A stretch of 35,338 bases of DNA from a virus. This document shows, piece by piece, positions 9,517-18,588 of this stretch (positions are counted from its first letter, which is position 1; the number at the start of each line of letters is the position of its first letter). Both the position numbers and the translations under genes were made by a program. Where the stretch lies: UHGV virus genome UHGV-0289455, one strand, 5' to 3'. The notes below the pieces were generated by a model. The model had not been told where the DNA came from. It saw only the letters and a list, made by a program, of their open reading frames with translations, and did not search any database.

Positions 9517-10157
9517 TTTTCGGAATACCTCTCCCGTTTACTCAGTTGTTCAGGCAGATGGTGAAGCAGCTCACCGTTGCCGCAGTAAATGGCGGCATGG
9601 TTCGGTACCGAAGCACCAAAGCAGCACAGCAGAATATCGCCCGCCTGTGCAGAGGACAGGGGCACCCGGTAAAAGCCGGTGACCGCCATATTGTCCAGGT
9701 AAAGGTTCTGACCGTTGCGCCACCAGTCATCCTCGCGATGAAAATCCGGCATTTCAGTCCCCGCCAGATGGTATGCATCCCGGAACAGGGTGTAACAGTC
9801 CGTCACCCCGTGCTCAAAGCGCCGTCCCGTCAGGTGCGGCACGCAGCGGAATTTGTGAATGTCACCCCGGCAGACCAGCCACCAGGGCAGTGCGCTCTTT
9901 ATCTGCAGCCGCCGGTCCGCCTCGCTCAGCCAGGGCAGACCACCGGGATGACTGTGGACCAGCGCCACAATCTCCCCCTGCATCTCTGCCCGCAGCCAGT
10001 CTTCCGGTGCGATACGAAAATACGCCTCCGGCTCTGCAGAAATATTCACACAAGGGATATACCACTCCCCCTCCGGCGTGCTTATCACGAAGCCGCACGC
10101 CTCCGCAGGCGCACACCGCCGGGCATGCGCCAGAATCGCTGATTCAGTCTGTGTCAT
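9414..10157 (-). CDS. K: tail tip assembly protein K (JAB/MPN plus NlpC/P60-like)
   Basis: The tracked ORF extends to 10418, but the lambda-like start MTQTESAILAHARRCAP... is the ATG at 10155-10157, just after the L stop. HSHPGG (JAB) motif present. Confidence 0.85.
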   Translation of the reverse strand: MTQTESAILAHARRCAPAEACGFVISTPEGEWYIPCVNISAEPEAYFRIAPEDWLRAEMQGEIVALVHSHPGGLPWLSEADRRLQIKSALPWWLVCRGDIHKFRCVPHLTGRRFEHGVTDCYTLFRDAYHLAGTEMPDFHREDDWWRNGQNLYLDNMAVTGFYRVPLSSAQAGDILLCCFGASVPNHAAIYCGNGELLHHLPEQLSKRERYSEKWQRRTHSVWRHRHWHASAFTGICNDLAAASACM

Positions 10158-10167
10158 AAACCGGGAT

Positions 10168-10866
10168 TTACTGCGAAAGTTTATTAATGGAAAGGAAACC
10201 GCCAAAATTGCCGACATTCCTGCGCAGTTCACACCCGCGCATGCACTTGCTGCATCTGTCCTTACGGATATCCGTGGTGGGTTTATCGAACTCATCCGCC
10301 ACAGCCTCGCCCGTGTAACCACACTCATCAGAGCGGTAGGTCCACATACAGGTGTTCGCCAGCATGATACGACCGGGAAACAGCGCCCCGTCCGTCTCGG
10401 TCGGTGTGGCCAGCACAAACGAGGCCGTCATGGCTGTCAGCTGCGACATCTGCTCCACCACCCAGCGGTCACTCAACTCCTGCTCCGGGTCCGCCGCCGG
10501 ATTGCCCGCAACGAAATTCACCGCATCCAGAAAACGGGCATACACCCGGCGGCGGACCACCGTGGCCCCCACCAGACTCTGCAGGTCCTCCGCCACCCCG
10601 GTGACAAGGCCAAACAGATTGGACACCGTCAGCGACGGGCGGGCACTGCTGCCCCGGCCGTTCATCTCAAAGCCGCTGCCGTCAATCGGGTATGCCTCAT
10701 ACTTACGCCCCTGCCAGGTGACCGGCTCCCCTTTTTCATTCAGCTCATTACAGAAAAAATACCGCTCACCGCCCTGTACCGTCAGGTCGATTTCCCAGAG
10801 TACCACCCGCGGTGACTGCTCTGATTTAACCGACTCGTTCAGACTTTCTTCGTGAATATCCTGCAT
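10168..10866 (-). CDS. L: minor tail protein L
   Basis: 232 aa, near-identical in pattern to lambda gpL (VVLWEIDLT...GGERYFFCNE...GRIMLANTC...FGGFLSINKLSQ). Confidence 0.92.
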   Translation of the reverse strand: MQDIHEESLNESVKSEQSPRVVLWEIDLTVQGGERYFFCNELNEKGEPVTWQGRKYEAYPIDGSGFEMNGRGSSARPSLTVSNLFGLVTGVAEDLQSLVGATVVRRRVYARFLDAVNFVAGNPAADPEQELSDRWVVEQMSQLTAMTASFVLATPTETDGALFPGRIMLANTCMWTYRSDECGYTGEAVADEFDKPTTDIRKDRCSKCMRGCELRRNVGNFGGFLSINKLSQ

Positions 10867-11195
10867 CAGTTCACCACCTGCTTAAACTCCGCGCTGAACT
10901 CAACGCGCAACATCCCGACCCGCGCAGACCACCCGGCACAGGTCACCTTTATCTGCCGGTATGCATAGGGTGGCTTCCACAAAAATGCCTTCCAGCCCCC
11001 GTGCTCTGCCAGGAACGCTTCCAGATGCCGGGCCTCCTCCCGGGTCACGGAAAGCGTCACCCTGTATGTTTTCAGGTCAGCATTCAGCCCTGCCGCCATA
11101 CGCTGTGAGTACCCGTCACCAAAACGCACTTCACGCACCGATGGCTGCGAGTTCACCTCCATATCCGGCTTCACTTTCCAGCGAAAGGTTTTCAT
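10866..11195 (-). CDS. M: minor tail protein M
   Basis: 109 aa, MKTFRWKVKP...VTCAGWSARVGMLRVEFSAEFKQVVN as in lambda gpM; overlaps L by ATGA. Confidence 0.92.
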   Translation of the reverse strand: MKTFRWKVKPDMEVNSQPSVREVRFGDGYSQRMAAGLNADLKTYRVTLSVTREEARHLEAFLAEHGGWKAFLWKPPYAYRQIKVTCAGWSARVGMLRVEFSAEFKQVVN

Positions 11196-13771
11196 CGACC
11201 GCTCCCTGATAACAGACCGCCATCACGCAACTGCAGCCGGAGTTCATCCTGTGCCCCCTTGCGGGCCATGTCATACACCGCCTTCATCAGCTGCGACCCC
11301 GCCTGTCCGTTGATACCGTCGTTCTGAATCACCACGTGATTGTTCTGATTAAAATTAATGCCTTCGGCCCGCCGCATCTGCGCCGGACTTCCGGCAGCAC
11401 CCACATACCCCCCTTCCGCATAGCCCCGCATCAGGCGGTACAGGTTCCCGACACCAATCCGGCTGGTTGCCTCCTTCGTGAAGACAAACTCCCCGCGGTG
11501 GACAATCCCCGCTGGCTCATATTTGCCACCGGTTCCCGTAAATCCCCCGGTCGCGAAATGGAAGTTCGCCGCCGCAGCCTGAATGGCTGTACCGCCTGAC
11601 GCTGATGCGCCGCCACCGGTAGCCCCGCCAATGGCGCTGCCGATACTCCCGACAATCCCCACCATTGCCTGCTTAAGCAGAATTTCTGTCATCATGGACA
11701 GCACGGAGCGGGTGAAGCTGCGCCAGTTCTGCTCACTGCCGGTCAGCATCGCCGCCATATTCTGCGCAATACCATCAAAGGTCTGCGTGGCAGCACTTTT
11801 AACCTGCGACATACTGTCCGTGGCACTCTCTTTCCACTCGCTCCAGCCGGACCTGAGGCCTGCCATCCAGTTCCCGCGAAGCAGGTCTTCAGCCGCCCAG
11901 GTCTTTTTCTGCTCTGACATGACGTTATTCAGCGCCAGAGGATTATCGCCATACTGTTCCTTCAGGCGCTGTTCTGTGGCTTCCCGTTCTGCCTGCCGGT
12001 CAGTCAGCCCCCGGCTTTTCGCATCAATGGCGGCCCGTTTTGCCCGTTGCTGCTGTGCGAATTTATCCGCCTGCTGCGCCAGCGCGTTCAGGCGCTCCTG
12101 ATACGTAACCTTGTCGCCAAGTGCAGCCAGCTGGCGTTTGTACTCCAGCGTCTCATCTTTATGCGCCAGCAGGGATTTCTCCTGTGCAGACAGCTGGCGA
12201 CGTTGCGCCGCCTCCTCCAGTACCGCGAACTGACTCTCCGCCTTCCACAAATCCCGGCGCTGCTGGCTGATTTTCTCATTTGCTCCGGCATGCTTCTCCA
12301 GCGTCCGGAGTTCAGCCTGAAGCGTCAGCAGGGCAGCATGAGCACTGTCTTCCTGACGATCGCCCGCAGACACCTTCACGCCGGACTGTTTCGGCTTTTT
12401 CAGCGTCGCTTCATAGTCCTTTTTCGCCGCCGCCATCAGCGTGTTGTAATCCGCCTGCAGGATTTTCCCGTCTTTCAGGGCCTTATTCAGCTCTTCCTGC
12501 CGGTCAGTATATTTCTCCAGTGGCGTCAGCAGACGCTCATACGCCTTCTGCGCCTCTCCGGTATACTTCAGCTGTGACGCCTCACGCTCAGCCCGGTCCC
12601 TTGCCGCCAGTTCACCGGCTTTTTCCATATCCGACTGCAGCGTGGCCGCTGCCAGACCCAGACGGGCATTTTCCCGGTCATCCCATGCCCCCTGAAGGTT
12701 CGCACGAAAAGAGGAGGTCTTTCCCCGGCGCTGGCTCCGGCTCTGGTACCACTGCCATTTTTTATCCGCCTCATCAAATGCCTTCTGCGCACTGGCGAGC
12801 ATATCCGCTGAGGATTCCGGACGACCGATATCCAGAATGGCATCCCACATCGATTTGAATGCCTTCCCTGTTTTATCCGCCCAGGTCTCCAGTGTTCCCA
12901 TGTTTTCTTTCAGGCGACGGGTCTGCTCATCAAAGCCTTTCGTGGCGATATCGTTCGCCGCCTGTAAGGCTCCGGCCTCGTCTCCGGAACGCTGCAGTTG
13001 TGCAACATACGCAATCTGCTCTGCCGTCACGTTACGAAACTGGCGCGCCATCGCCATCAGTCCCGACGTCGGGTCAGTGGTCAGCTTCCCGAAGGCTTCA
13101 GCGACTTTATCCACCTCCACACCGGATGCAGACGCAAAACGCGCGACACTCTGGTTGATGGCATCAAACTGTTCACCACCACGCACACCGGCATTCACCA
13201 GGGCTGCCAGTGACTCTCTCGCCTGGTTAAACGTCAGCCCTGCTGCCTGCCCGGCTCTTGAGAGAGTCAGCATACGATCGGCAGTCAGTCCGGACTGATT
13301 ACCGGAAAGAACCAGGGTTTTATTAAACGCTGAAAGCGTGGAATCTCCCTGGTACCAGGCGTACACCAGCGCACCTGTCGCCACCGCCAGCGAGGTGACC
13401 CCGACCATCGGCAGGGTGATCGCACCGGCAAGCCCCCTGAACATGGGGATCATCCCGCCGAAGGAGTCCTTCACCTGACCGCCCTGTTGCAGCAGGATCA
13501 GCCAGGGATTCTGACCACCGGCAAGCTGCGTGGCGATATCCGTAAACTGTGCGGGCAGGGTTCGCATGGCCGCTTTATACTGCCCGACGGAAATCCCGGC
13601 TTTTTGTGCAGCCAGCGCCTGGCGGCTCAGGCCCTGTTCAACAGCACTGGCGGTTTTTCTGGCGTCGGTATCCAGACCTGAAAAATGACGCCTTACCCGG
13701 CTCATCTGCTCATCGAAACGGACAGCATCCAGACTAAGGTCAATAACAAGATCACCAACCGGCTGGGACAT
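11192..13771 (-). CDS. H: tail tape measure protein H
   Basis: 859 aa (lambda gpH is about 853); Gly/Ala-rich C-terminus; position between T and M. Confidence 0.9.
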   Translation of the reverse strand: MSQPVGDLVIDLSLDAVRFDEQMSRVRRHFSGLDTDARKTASAVEQGLSRQALAAQKAGISVGQYKAAMRTLPAQFTDIATQLAGGQNPWLILLQQGGQVKDSFGGMIPMFRGLAGAITLPMVGVTSLAVATGALVYAWYQGDSTLSAFNKTLVLSGNQSGLTADRMLTLSRAGQAAGLTFNQARESLAALVNAGVRGGEQFDAINQSVARFASASGVEVDKVAEAFGKLTTDPTSGLMAMARQFRNVTAEQIAYVAQLQRSGDEAGALQAANDIATKGFDEQTRRLKENMGTLETWADKTGKAFKSMWDAILDIGRPESSADMLASAQKAFDEADKKWQWYQSRSQRRGKTSSFRANLQGAWDDRENARLGLAAATLQSDMEKAGELAARDRAEREASQLKYTGEAQKAYERLLTPLEKYTDRQEELNKALKDGKILQADYNTLMAAAKKDYEATLKKPKQSGVKVSAGDRQEDSAHAALLTLQAELRTLEKHAGANEKISQQRRDLWKAESQFAVLEEAAQRRQLSAQEKSLLAHKDETLEYKRQLAALGDKVTYQERLNALAQQADKFAQQQRAKRAAIDAKSRGLTDRQAEREATEQRLKEQYGDNPLALNNVMSEQKKTWAAEDLLRGNWMAGLRSGWSEWKESATDSMSQVKSAATQTFDGIAQNMAAMLTGSEQNWRSFTRSVLSMMTEILLKQAMVGIVGSIGSAIGGATGGGASASGGTAIQAAAANFHFATGGFTGTGGKYEPAGIVHRGEFVFTKEATSRIGVGNLYRLMRGYAEGGYVGAAGSPAQMRRAEGINFNQNNHVVIQNDGINGQAGSQLMKAVYDMARKGAQDELRLQLRDGGLLSGSGR

Positions 13772-14216
13772 ATCTCACACCTCCCGGAATCCCCGCTGAA
13801 GCCATCATTAATGCGGCATCATCCACCATGACATCCGCCACATCCGCAGACGATAAAATATCGCGCCCTCCGTCCCCACCGAACCGGACGCCTCCGGCAA
13901 GTCCTGCCGCTTTCTGCATCAGCATTTTGTCCTCATCCGGCCTCTCCACCTGCTCTTCCTCATGCCGGGGGACAAGCAGACTGAAATCAGAGGGATGCAT
14001 ATCCGGATCGCAAAAAAACAGGCTGAGTACAGCGTACGTCAGCCCGGAAAAATGCATATCCAGCTGGGTATCCTGAAAATAATGCGTGCGGTAAAAACGG
14101 TGCCAGTCGGCATATTCGGTGGATGTCATCCCGGCAAGCATGGCGCGCCAGTCGGGTCTCCCCATCTCACGCGCCAGTCTGAGGGCAAAGTTCAGCTCGC
14201 CGTCGAAGACTTTCCC
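13752..14216 (-). CDS. T: tail assembly chaperone T frame (expressed only as G-T fusion by -1 frameshift)
   Basis: The T reading frame is open from the slippery site at 14210-14216 to the stop at 13752, and overlaps the H start. Confidence 0.8.
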   Translation of the reverse strand, partial: GKVFDGELNFALRLAREMGRPDWRAMLAGMTSTEYADWHRFYRTHYFQDTQLDMHFSGLTYAVLSLFFCDPDMHPSDFSLLVPRHEEEQVERPDEDKMLMQKAAGLAGGVRFGGDGGRDILSSADVADVMVDDAALMMASAGIPGGVRYVPAGW

Positions 14217-14623
14217 GCAGAAAAATCATCATCAGTCAGCGTGTTATTTTTCGCCACTTCAGTAATATCAGTATCCGGACGAACAGCTTCGATCATCCCG
14301 GACAGGCACAACACCACGTCTTCCGCCCGGGCAATGGCATCGGCAGGCCAGGTAGTGAGCACTTCCTGCTCTATCTTCATCACGGCCTCATTCATTGACG
14401 GTGACTGCGTTTTCTGTGGATGGTTATGCCACAGGGACATCGCCACCAGAAACGCGCCGGTTCTGACGAGATCTTCCACACTTACCTGCAGGTTGCCGCT
14501 GGATTCTGCCTGTTCTGCACGCCGTTTCAGGAGGGCAAGATGCTCGATACGCTGCAGCGCAGACAATTCGGAAAGCGTGACAGACACACCGTTATATTCA
14601 AATTGTTCTGTTTTCAGAAACAT
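14192..14623 (-). CDS. G: tail assembly chaperone G
   Basis: 143 aa, MFLKTEQFEYNGVSVTLSELSALQRIEHLALLKRRAEQAE... as in lambda gpG. Confidence 0.9.
   Translation of the reverse strand: MFLKTEQFEYNGVSVTLSELSALQRIEHLALLKRRAEQAESSGNLQVSVEDLVRTGAFLVAMSLWHNHPQKTQSPSMNEAVMKIEQEVLTTWPADAIARAEDVVLCLSGMIEAVRPDTDITEVAKNNTLTDDDFSAGKSSTAS
14210..14216 (-). promoter_or_regulatory. programmed -1 ribosomal frameshift slippery heptamer G GGA AAG (G to G-T)
   Basis: Plus-strand ctttccc is GGGAAAG on the minus strand, in the G frame as G-GGA-AAG, 6 codons before the G stop; the -1 frame continues into T. Confidence 0.8.
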
Positions 14624-14636
14624 GTATTACCTCCGT

Positions 14637-15389
14637 TTACCCTGCAGCGCCCGCTTCAGTAACGGTGACTTCAGCCACTGCGGCGAACTGACCATTTCCG
14701 CTCACCACAGGGATCTGCACCTTACCTGTCGCCACGCCGTTTACCGTAATTGTCATATCTTTCACACTAATGGTGGCTTTCGACGGATCGGCGGAAACCG
14801 CTCTGAACGTCTTGTCGGTTGCACTTTCCGGCTCAAAAGAAACCGTCAGGGTGGTTGTTTTCCCTTTTGCCACCGTACCGGATGTCGGCGTCACCTTAAT
14901 CGCACTGACCGGCGTAATTTTGCTGCGTTCTTCCGCTACAGAAGGTTTACCCACGTTAGTGACTTTCACCGTGCGGGTGATCACTTCTTTCGCCGTCACG
15001 GCCTTACCGATACTGCTGACCCAGCCACGAAACACATCCACCGTGCCATTCGGAAAACGGATTTTATAGGCCCGGACATCGCCGCTTTCAAACCAGCCTA
15101 TAAGCCCTTTCTGGCCTTCCTCTCCCGGTTTCCAGGCCAGCGTAAAACTGGTATCACCTGCAGATTTCTGTCCCTGCCCGGTCGCGGTCCAGTCCGCGTC
15201 TTCATCATCCAGGTAGTTATCATCGTAGGATTCTGCCGTCATCTCGCCCGGCGTCAGATCCTTCACCTTAGCCAGTCGCTGCCAGTCATCGTCTGACAAC
15301 GGGTTTGCATAAGCATCACCCTTGCCGTTGTAAACCCACAGAGTGGTACCGGCACCTTTTACCGGCTCAAGGGGATTTGGTGTTGCCAT
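14637..15389 (-). CDS. V: major tail protein V (with C-terminal Ig-like domain)
   Basis: 250 aa, ...GAGTTLWVY...[32 protein letters not shown]...[38 protein letters not shown] matches lambda gpV. Confidence 0.93.
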   Translation of the reverse strand: MATPNPLEPVKGAGTTLWVYNGKGDAYANPLSDDDWQRLAKVKDLTPGEMTAESYDDNYLDDEDADWTATGQGQKSAGDTSFTLAWKPGEEGQKGLIGWFESGDVRAYKIRFPNGTVDVFRGWVSSIGKAVTAKEVITRTVKVTNVGKPSVAEERSKITPVSAIKVTPTSGTVAKGKTTTLTVSFEPESATDKTFRAVSADPSKATISVKDMTITVNGVATGKVQIPVVSGNGQFAAVAEVTVTEAGAAG

Positions 15390-15396
15390 ATCGTCC

Positions 15397-15792
15397 TCAC
15401 ATCTCGTATGTAATGGAATAAGTCAGATCTGCAGAACTCCATAACGCCATATCGTCATCACGACGATACTCATAGCCCTGCGTAACCATCGTGGTAATCA
15501 GTCCTGCCAGTGCCGGGATCGCGGTCATCGCCGGGTAAATCCGGCTTTCCATCCACTGATCAAGCTCTGAATCCGGTACCTGTGCCGGTAAAAACACCTC
15601 AATATGCAGCGTGGCCCGCCAGGTATCTGCATCCAGCTCTTCACCGGTATACTCTGCATCCGTCAGATAAACCGCGATCGCAGGAAAATCCTCTTCGTCA
15701 AAAACAACGGGGCGACCATCAAACAGCGTCGCCCCGTGTTCATGCTGCTCGAGTGCATCCAGCACTGCGGCACGAATGTCAGTGTGTTTCAT
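15397..15792 (-). CDS. U: tail terminator protein U
   Basis: 131 aa, [33 protein letters not shown]... as in lambda gpU. Confidence 0.92.
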   Translation of the reverse strand: MKHTDIRAAVLDALEQHEHGATLFDGRPVVFDEEDFPAIAVYLTDAEYTGEELDADTWRATLHIEVFLPAQVPDSELDQWMESRIYPAMTAIPALAGLITTMVTQGYEYRRDDDMALWSSADLTYSITYEM

Positions 15793-16322
15793 CGTTTTAT
15801 TGCAATCCTCAGTTGTTGTTTCAGCGCGGATGCCAGTTCTTTAGGCAGGCGTTCACGCCGGATACGGTCAACATTCTCATCAAATGCCTGTTTCAGTGGG
15901 GCCGCCATCGGGATTTTCACCACATCAATGGGGTAACGGTTTTTCCCGGCCACACGCTGCATGACATGCCAGCGACCATTTTTTAATCGCTGAATAAATG
16001 CCCGCTGATACCGATGCTGACCGGCTTTAAGTATGCTGTTCGGGCGACGCCCCAGCATCCTGATCCCCAGCTTAATCACAGGGAGATCACCGCGGTTAAC
16101 GATAATTCTGGCATTCGGATTTCTGACCGTGGCCAGTTTCAGTCTGGACCGTTCCTTAACCAGTTTCCGGCGTACCTTTGTCTCCCGGGCAACCTGTGAT
16201 GAAGACTGATTAATCGCCGTTGTGGCCACGCGGTTAATCGTCATTGCTGAAGCCGCCGGAATGGCGTTTTTACGAACCCGGCTCAGATTGTCAATCGCCT
16301 GATCAAGCCCTTTTATCGCCAT
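15789..16322 (-). CDS. Z: tail completion protein Z
   Basis: 177 aa in the gpZ position, overlapping U by ATGA. Confidence 0.85.
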   Translation of the reverse strand: MAIKGLDQAIDNLSRVRKNAIPAASAMTINRVATTAINQSSSQVARETKVRRKLVKERSRLKLATVRNPNARIIVNRGDLPVIKLGIRMLGRRPNSILKAGQHRYQRAFIQRLKNGRWHVMQRVAGKNRYPIDVVKIPMAAPLKQAFDENVDRIRRERLPKELASALKQQLRIAIKR

Positions 16323-16337
16323 AATTTCACCCTGCGT

Positions 16338-16691
16338 TTATCGTCGCCGGTTAACTGCGGGTGGTTGACCACGGTTGAGCCAGAGATAACAGCTGCCCCC
16401 GTCATCCGGAGAAACACGATCCACCCAGAACATCTCGCCGTTAATGGTCAGCGTGTCACCACGCCGCACGGCACGCACCGTATCCGTCCGCACAAATAAT
16501 GACGGGCTGCTTCCTTCAATACGGACCCCGCCACCGGCAAAACCCAGCGACTCCGGATCGTCAAAAACCCCCTGAACTTCGCCGCCACGTTGTGCTCCGG
16601 AGGTGAACTGCGCACAGAGCCCCATCACTTCAACGATCGTACTGTCCACCCCGGCGAGGGCAGCATCAAAGGCATTCTGAAAATCACGCAT
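16338..16691 (-). CDS. FII: head-tail connector protein FII
   Basis: 117 aa, ...GVFDDPESLGFAGGGVRIEGSSPSLFVRTD...WVDRVSPDDGGSCYLWLNRGQPPAVNRRR matches lambda gpFII. Confidence 0.92.
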   Translation of the reverse strand: MRDFQNAFDAALAGVDSTIVEVMGLCAQFTSGAQRGGEVQGVFDDPESLGFAGGGVRIEGSSPSLFVRTDTVRAVRRGDTLTINGEMFWVDRVSPDDGGSCYLWLNRGQPPAVNRRR

Positions 16692-17067
16692 ATTCAGCCG
16701 TTCCGTGCTGTATCATGGCCGTTGCCAGTGATGATGGCACCAGAACACGCATACCCCGTAACGCCAGCTCAACGGGACGACCTGTCTCCGGGCAATACCC
16801 CATTACTTGCAGGCACTTCCGTCCCCGGACGGCTTTAACATCATCCGGAGCATCCGTGTTGTTCAACTGCTCACCATCGTCTGTGTGATTTTGATCAGCC
16901 CCGCTCTCATCAGAGTGCATAATGCCCTCCGGGGAAACAGCAAGCTCCTCTTCCCACTCAGACACACGTTGAGCAATATCCGCAGCACTCCCCGACATAT
17001 CCGCCTCGCGCCCCAGCAGGCCAGCCAGTTGACGAAGACGATTCAGATTTTCTTCTTTTGTTGCCAT
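16684..17067 (-). CDS. FI: DNA packaging protein FI
   Basis: Start placed at the ATG with an AGGAGG Shine-Dalgarno (MATKEENLNRLRQLAG...); the tracked ORF begins 11 codons earlier. Size and position match lambda FI. Confidence 0.8.
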   Translation of the reverse strand: MATKEENLNRLRQLAGLLGREADMSGSAADIAQRVSEWEEELAVSPEGIMHSDESGADQNHTDDGEQLNNTDAPDDVKAVRGRKCLQVMGYCPETGRPVELALRGMRVLVPSSLATAMIQHGTAEYA

Positions 17068-17081
17068 CTCAGCCTCCTGTG

Positions 17082-17109
17082 AAAAAAGACACGGGGGCAT
17101 TTCGCCCCC
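17082..17109 (-). terminator. rho-independent terminator immediately after major capsid gene E
   Basis: GGGGGC/GCCCCC stem followed on the minus strand by TCTTTTTT, 10 nt after the E stop. Confidence 0.5.
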
Positions 17110-17118
17110 ACTCCCGGA

Positions 17119-18147
17119 TTATTTCACCTGTACCACCACAAACTCATCCGGATCCGGCAGCACCATCAGCGGTGCGGACTGCGTCATGGTGAATTCACGG
17201 GCCGGATCGCCCACAGTCAGCCAGTGTTTCGGATAACGGGAAGAGGCCACCACACCTTCGGACAACGCCTGCGCATCCTGAATGGCACCATAGCAACGAA
17301 TGCCCTCTGCTGCCGTATTCCCCAGGACCAGTGTGCCCTCCGGCAGATAACGTTTTTCGGTACCGTCCTCTGCCACATAAGACGTTTTCGCCACCACAAT
17401 GGCCAGATCGCCGTAATACCCCTTGAAGGACACCACTGCGCCCAGATCTTTCACTGCCGTTTCGAGTTGTGAATTTGAGCCGCGACGGGTATCCAGTTTT
17501 TCGCGGAACAGCTTAAAGCCATTCAGCAGACGCCAGACCGTACCGTCCATAATGGCGATATTCACAAGGCCGCTGGCCTGATCGCAGTAGAGGTCAATAT
17601 CATGCGTCGGATCAAACGTATCACGGTCCTGCTCAGACCATTTTTTACCGTCAGCCTGCTCAATGTTATTTCCTTCAGAGCGCCCGAAATCCACCTCGAC
17701 AGTATCAAACTGATCCCCTTCCATGGTGTATTTGCCATACAGCACGGCATTCACCGCCTGCATTTCTTCCACCTGGACAATGGCGTGCTCTTCCTGTTTG
17801 AGGTTATCGGTAATGATACGCAGACGACGGTAGGCTGGGTCGTTCAGCTGAGCCGGATCTTCACCAGGAAGGCGCTCAACCGCCTGCTGGTAATTAAATT
17901 CGTGTTTGGGCTTGACGTAGCCCGGACGTAACACGCGGGTTTCACCACCGCGATGGCGAAGCACTTTTCCTTCAACGATCGGGGAGACATAGGCCGCCAC
18001 CGGCGTTTTTCCGGTAATTTTGTCCAGCATCACCTCTTCGGTGTGGAAATTCACCGTACGGCGGAAAAACAGCTCCAGAAACAGCGCACGGAATTTAACT
18101 TTTTGTTCGGTATAACCGAGTAACTGGCGGGTCGTAAACAATCCCAT
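17119..18147 (-). CDS. E: major capsid protein E
   Basis: 342 aa, ...YVSPIVEGKVLRHRGG...PGYVKPKHE...RRLRIITDNLKQEEHAIVQVEEMQAVNAVLYGKYTM...TRRGSNSQLETAVKDLG...DPDEFVVVQVK is lambda gpE-like over its full length. Confidence 0.95.
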   Translation of the reverse strand: MGLFTTRQLLGYTEQKVKFRALFLELFFRRTVNFHTEEVMLDKITGKTPVAAYVSPIVEGKVLRHRGGETRVLRPGYVKPKHEFNYQQAVERLPGEDPAQLNDPAYRRLRIITDNLKQEEHAIVQVEEMQAVNAVLYGKYTMEGDQFDTVEVDFGRSEGNNIEQADGKKWSEQDRDTFDPTHDIDLYCDQASGLVNIAIMDGTVWRLLNGFKLFREKLDTRRGSNSQLETAVKDLGAVVSFKGYYGDLAIVVAKTSYVAEDGTEKRYLPEGTLVLGNTAAEGIRCYGAIQDAQALSEGVVASSRYPKHWLTVGDPAREFTMTQSAPLMVLPDPDEFVVVQVK

Positions 18148-18175
18148 AAATCAGTTCCTTTCATTCAGAAATCAG

Positions 18176-18197
18176 TCAGGCCACCATGGTGGCCTGA
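18176..18197. promoter_or_regulatory. perfect 22-bp palindrome (hairpin) between D and E
   Basis: tcaggccaccatggtggcctga is its own reverse complement; it lies between the D stop and the E start. Confidence 0.4.
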
Positions 18198-18204
18198 TAA
18201 CGTG

Positions 18205-18552
18205 TTACGGCAGAGCCGCGTGACTCAGGGCTGTACCGGCAAAGGCATTTGCCTTTTTGTGTTCATCCACACTGTCAGGCCAGCGGATTGCCTCCGTCGC
18301 AAAGGTCCCCGACTTGTAATAGGTCAGCACCGTCTCTGTGCCTTCAAGCGGCAGTACCAGTATGCCAACCGCACTACCGGCTTTCTGTCCATCCCAGACA
18401 ACCAGTTTCCCGCTGGCTTCATCCAGCATCAGGGGCGTCAGTGCCGGTGTTGCCTGAGAAATCCCGCTGCTGCCTGTGGCGGTATGAGCCGGATCATTAC
18501 CGGCAAAAATACGTACTTCTGCACGTTGTTCAGTGATGGTTTTCGTTACCAT
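18205..18552 (-). CDS. D: head decoration protein D
   Basis: 115 aa, ...GNDPAHTATGSSG...TPLMLDEASGKLVVWDG...VGILVLPLEG...YKSGTF matches lambda gpD. Confidence 0.93.
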   Translation of the reverse strand: MVTKTITEQRAEVRIFAGNDPAHTATGSSGISQATPALTPLMLDEASGKLVVWDGQKAGSAVGILVLPLEGTETVLTYYKSGTFATEAIRWPDSVDEHKKANAFAGTALSHAALP

Positions 18553-18588
18553 ATTGTAAAAACCTCATATTGATGGTCAGCACTGACT

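Noticed and set aside
9414-10418. 334-aa version of gene K
   Set aside because: The N-terminal 87 codons overlap L in another frame; the lambda-like start MTQTES is at 10157.
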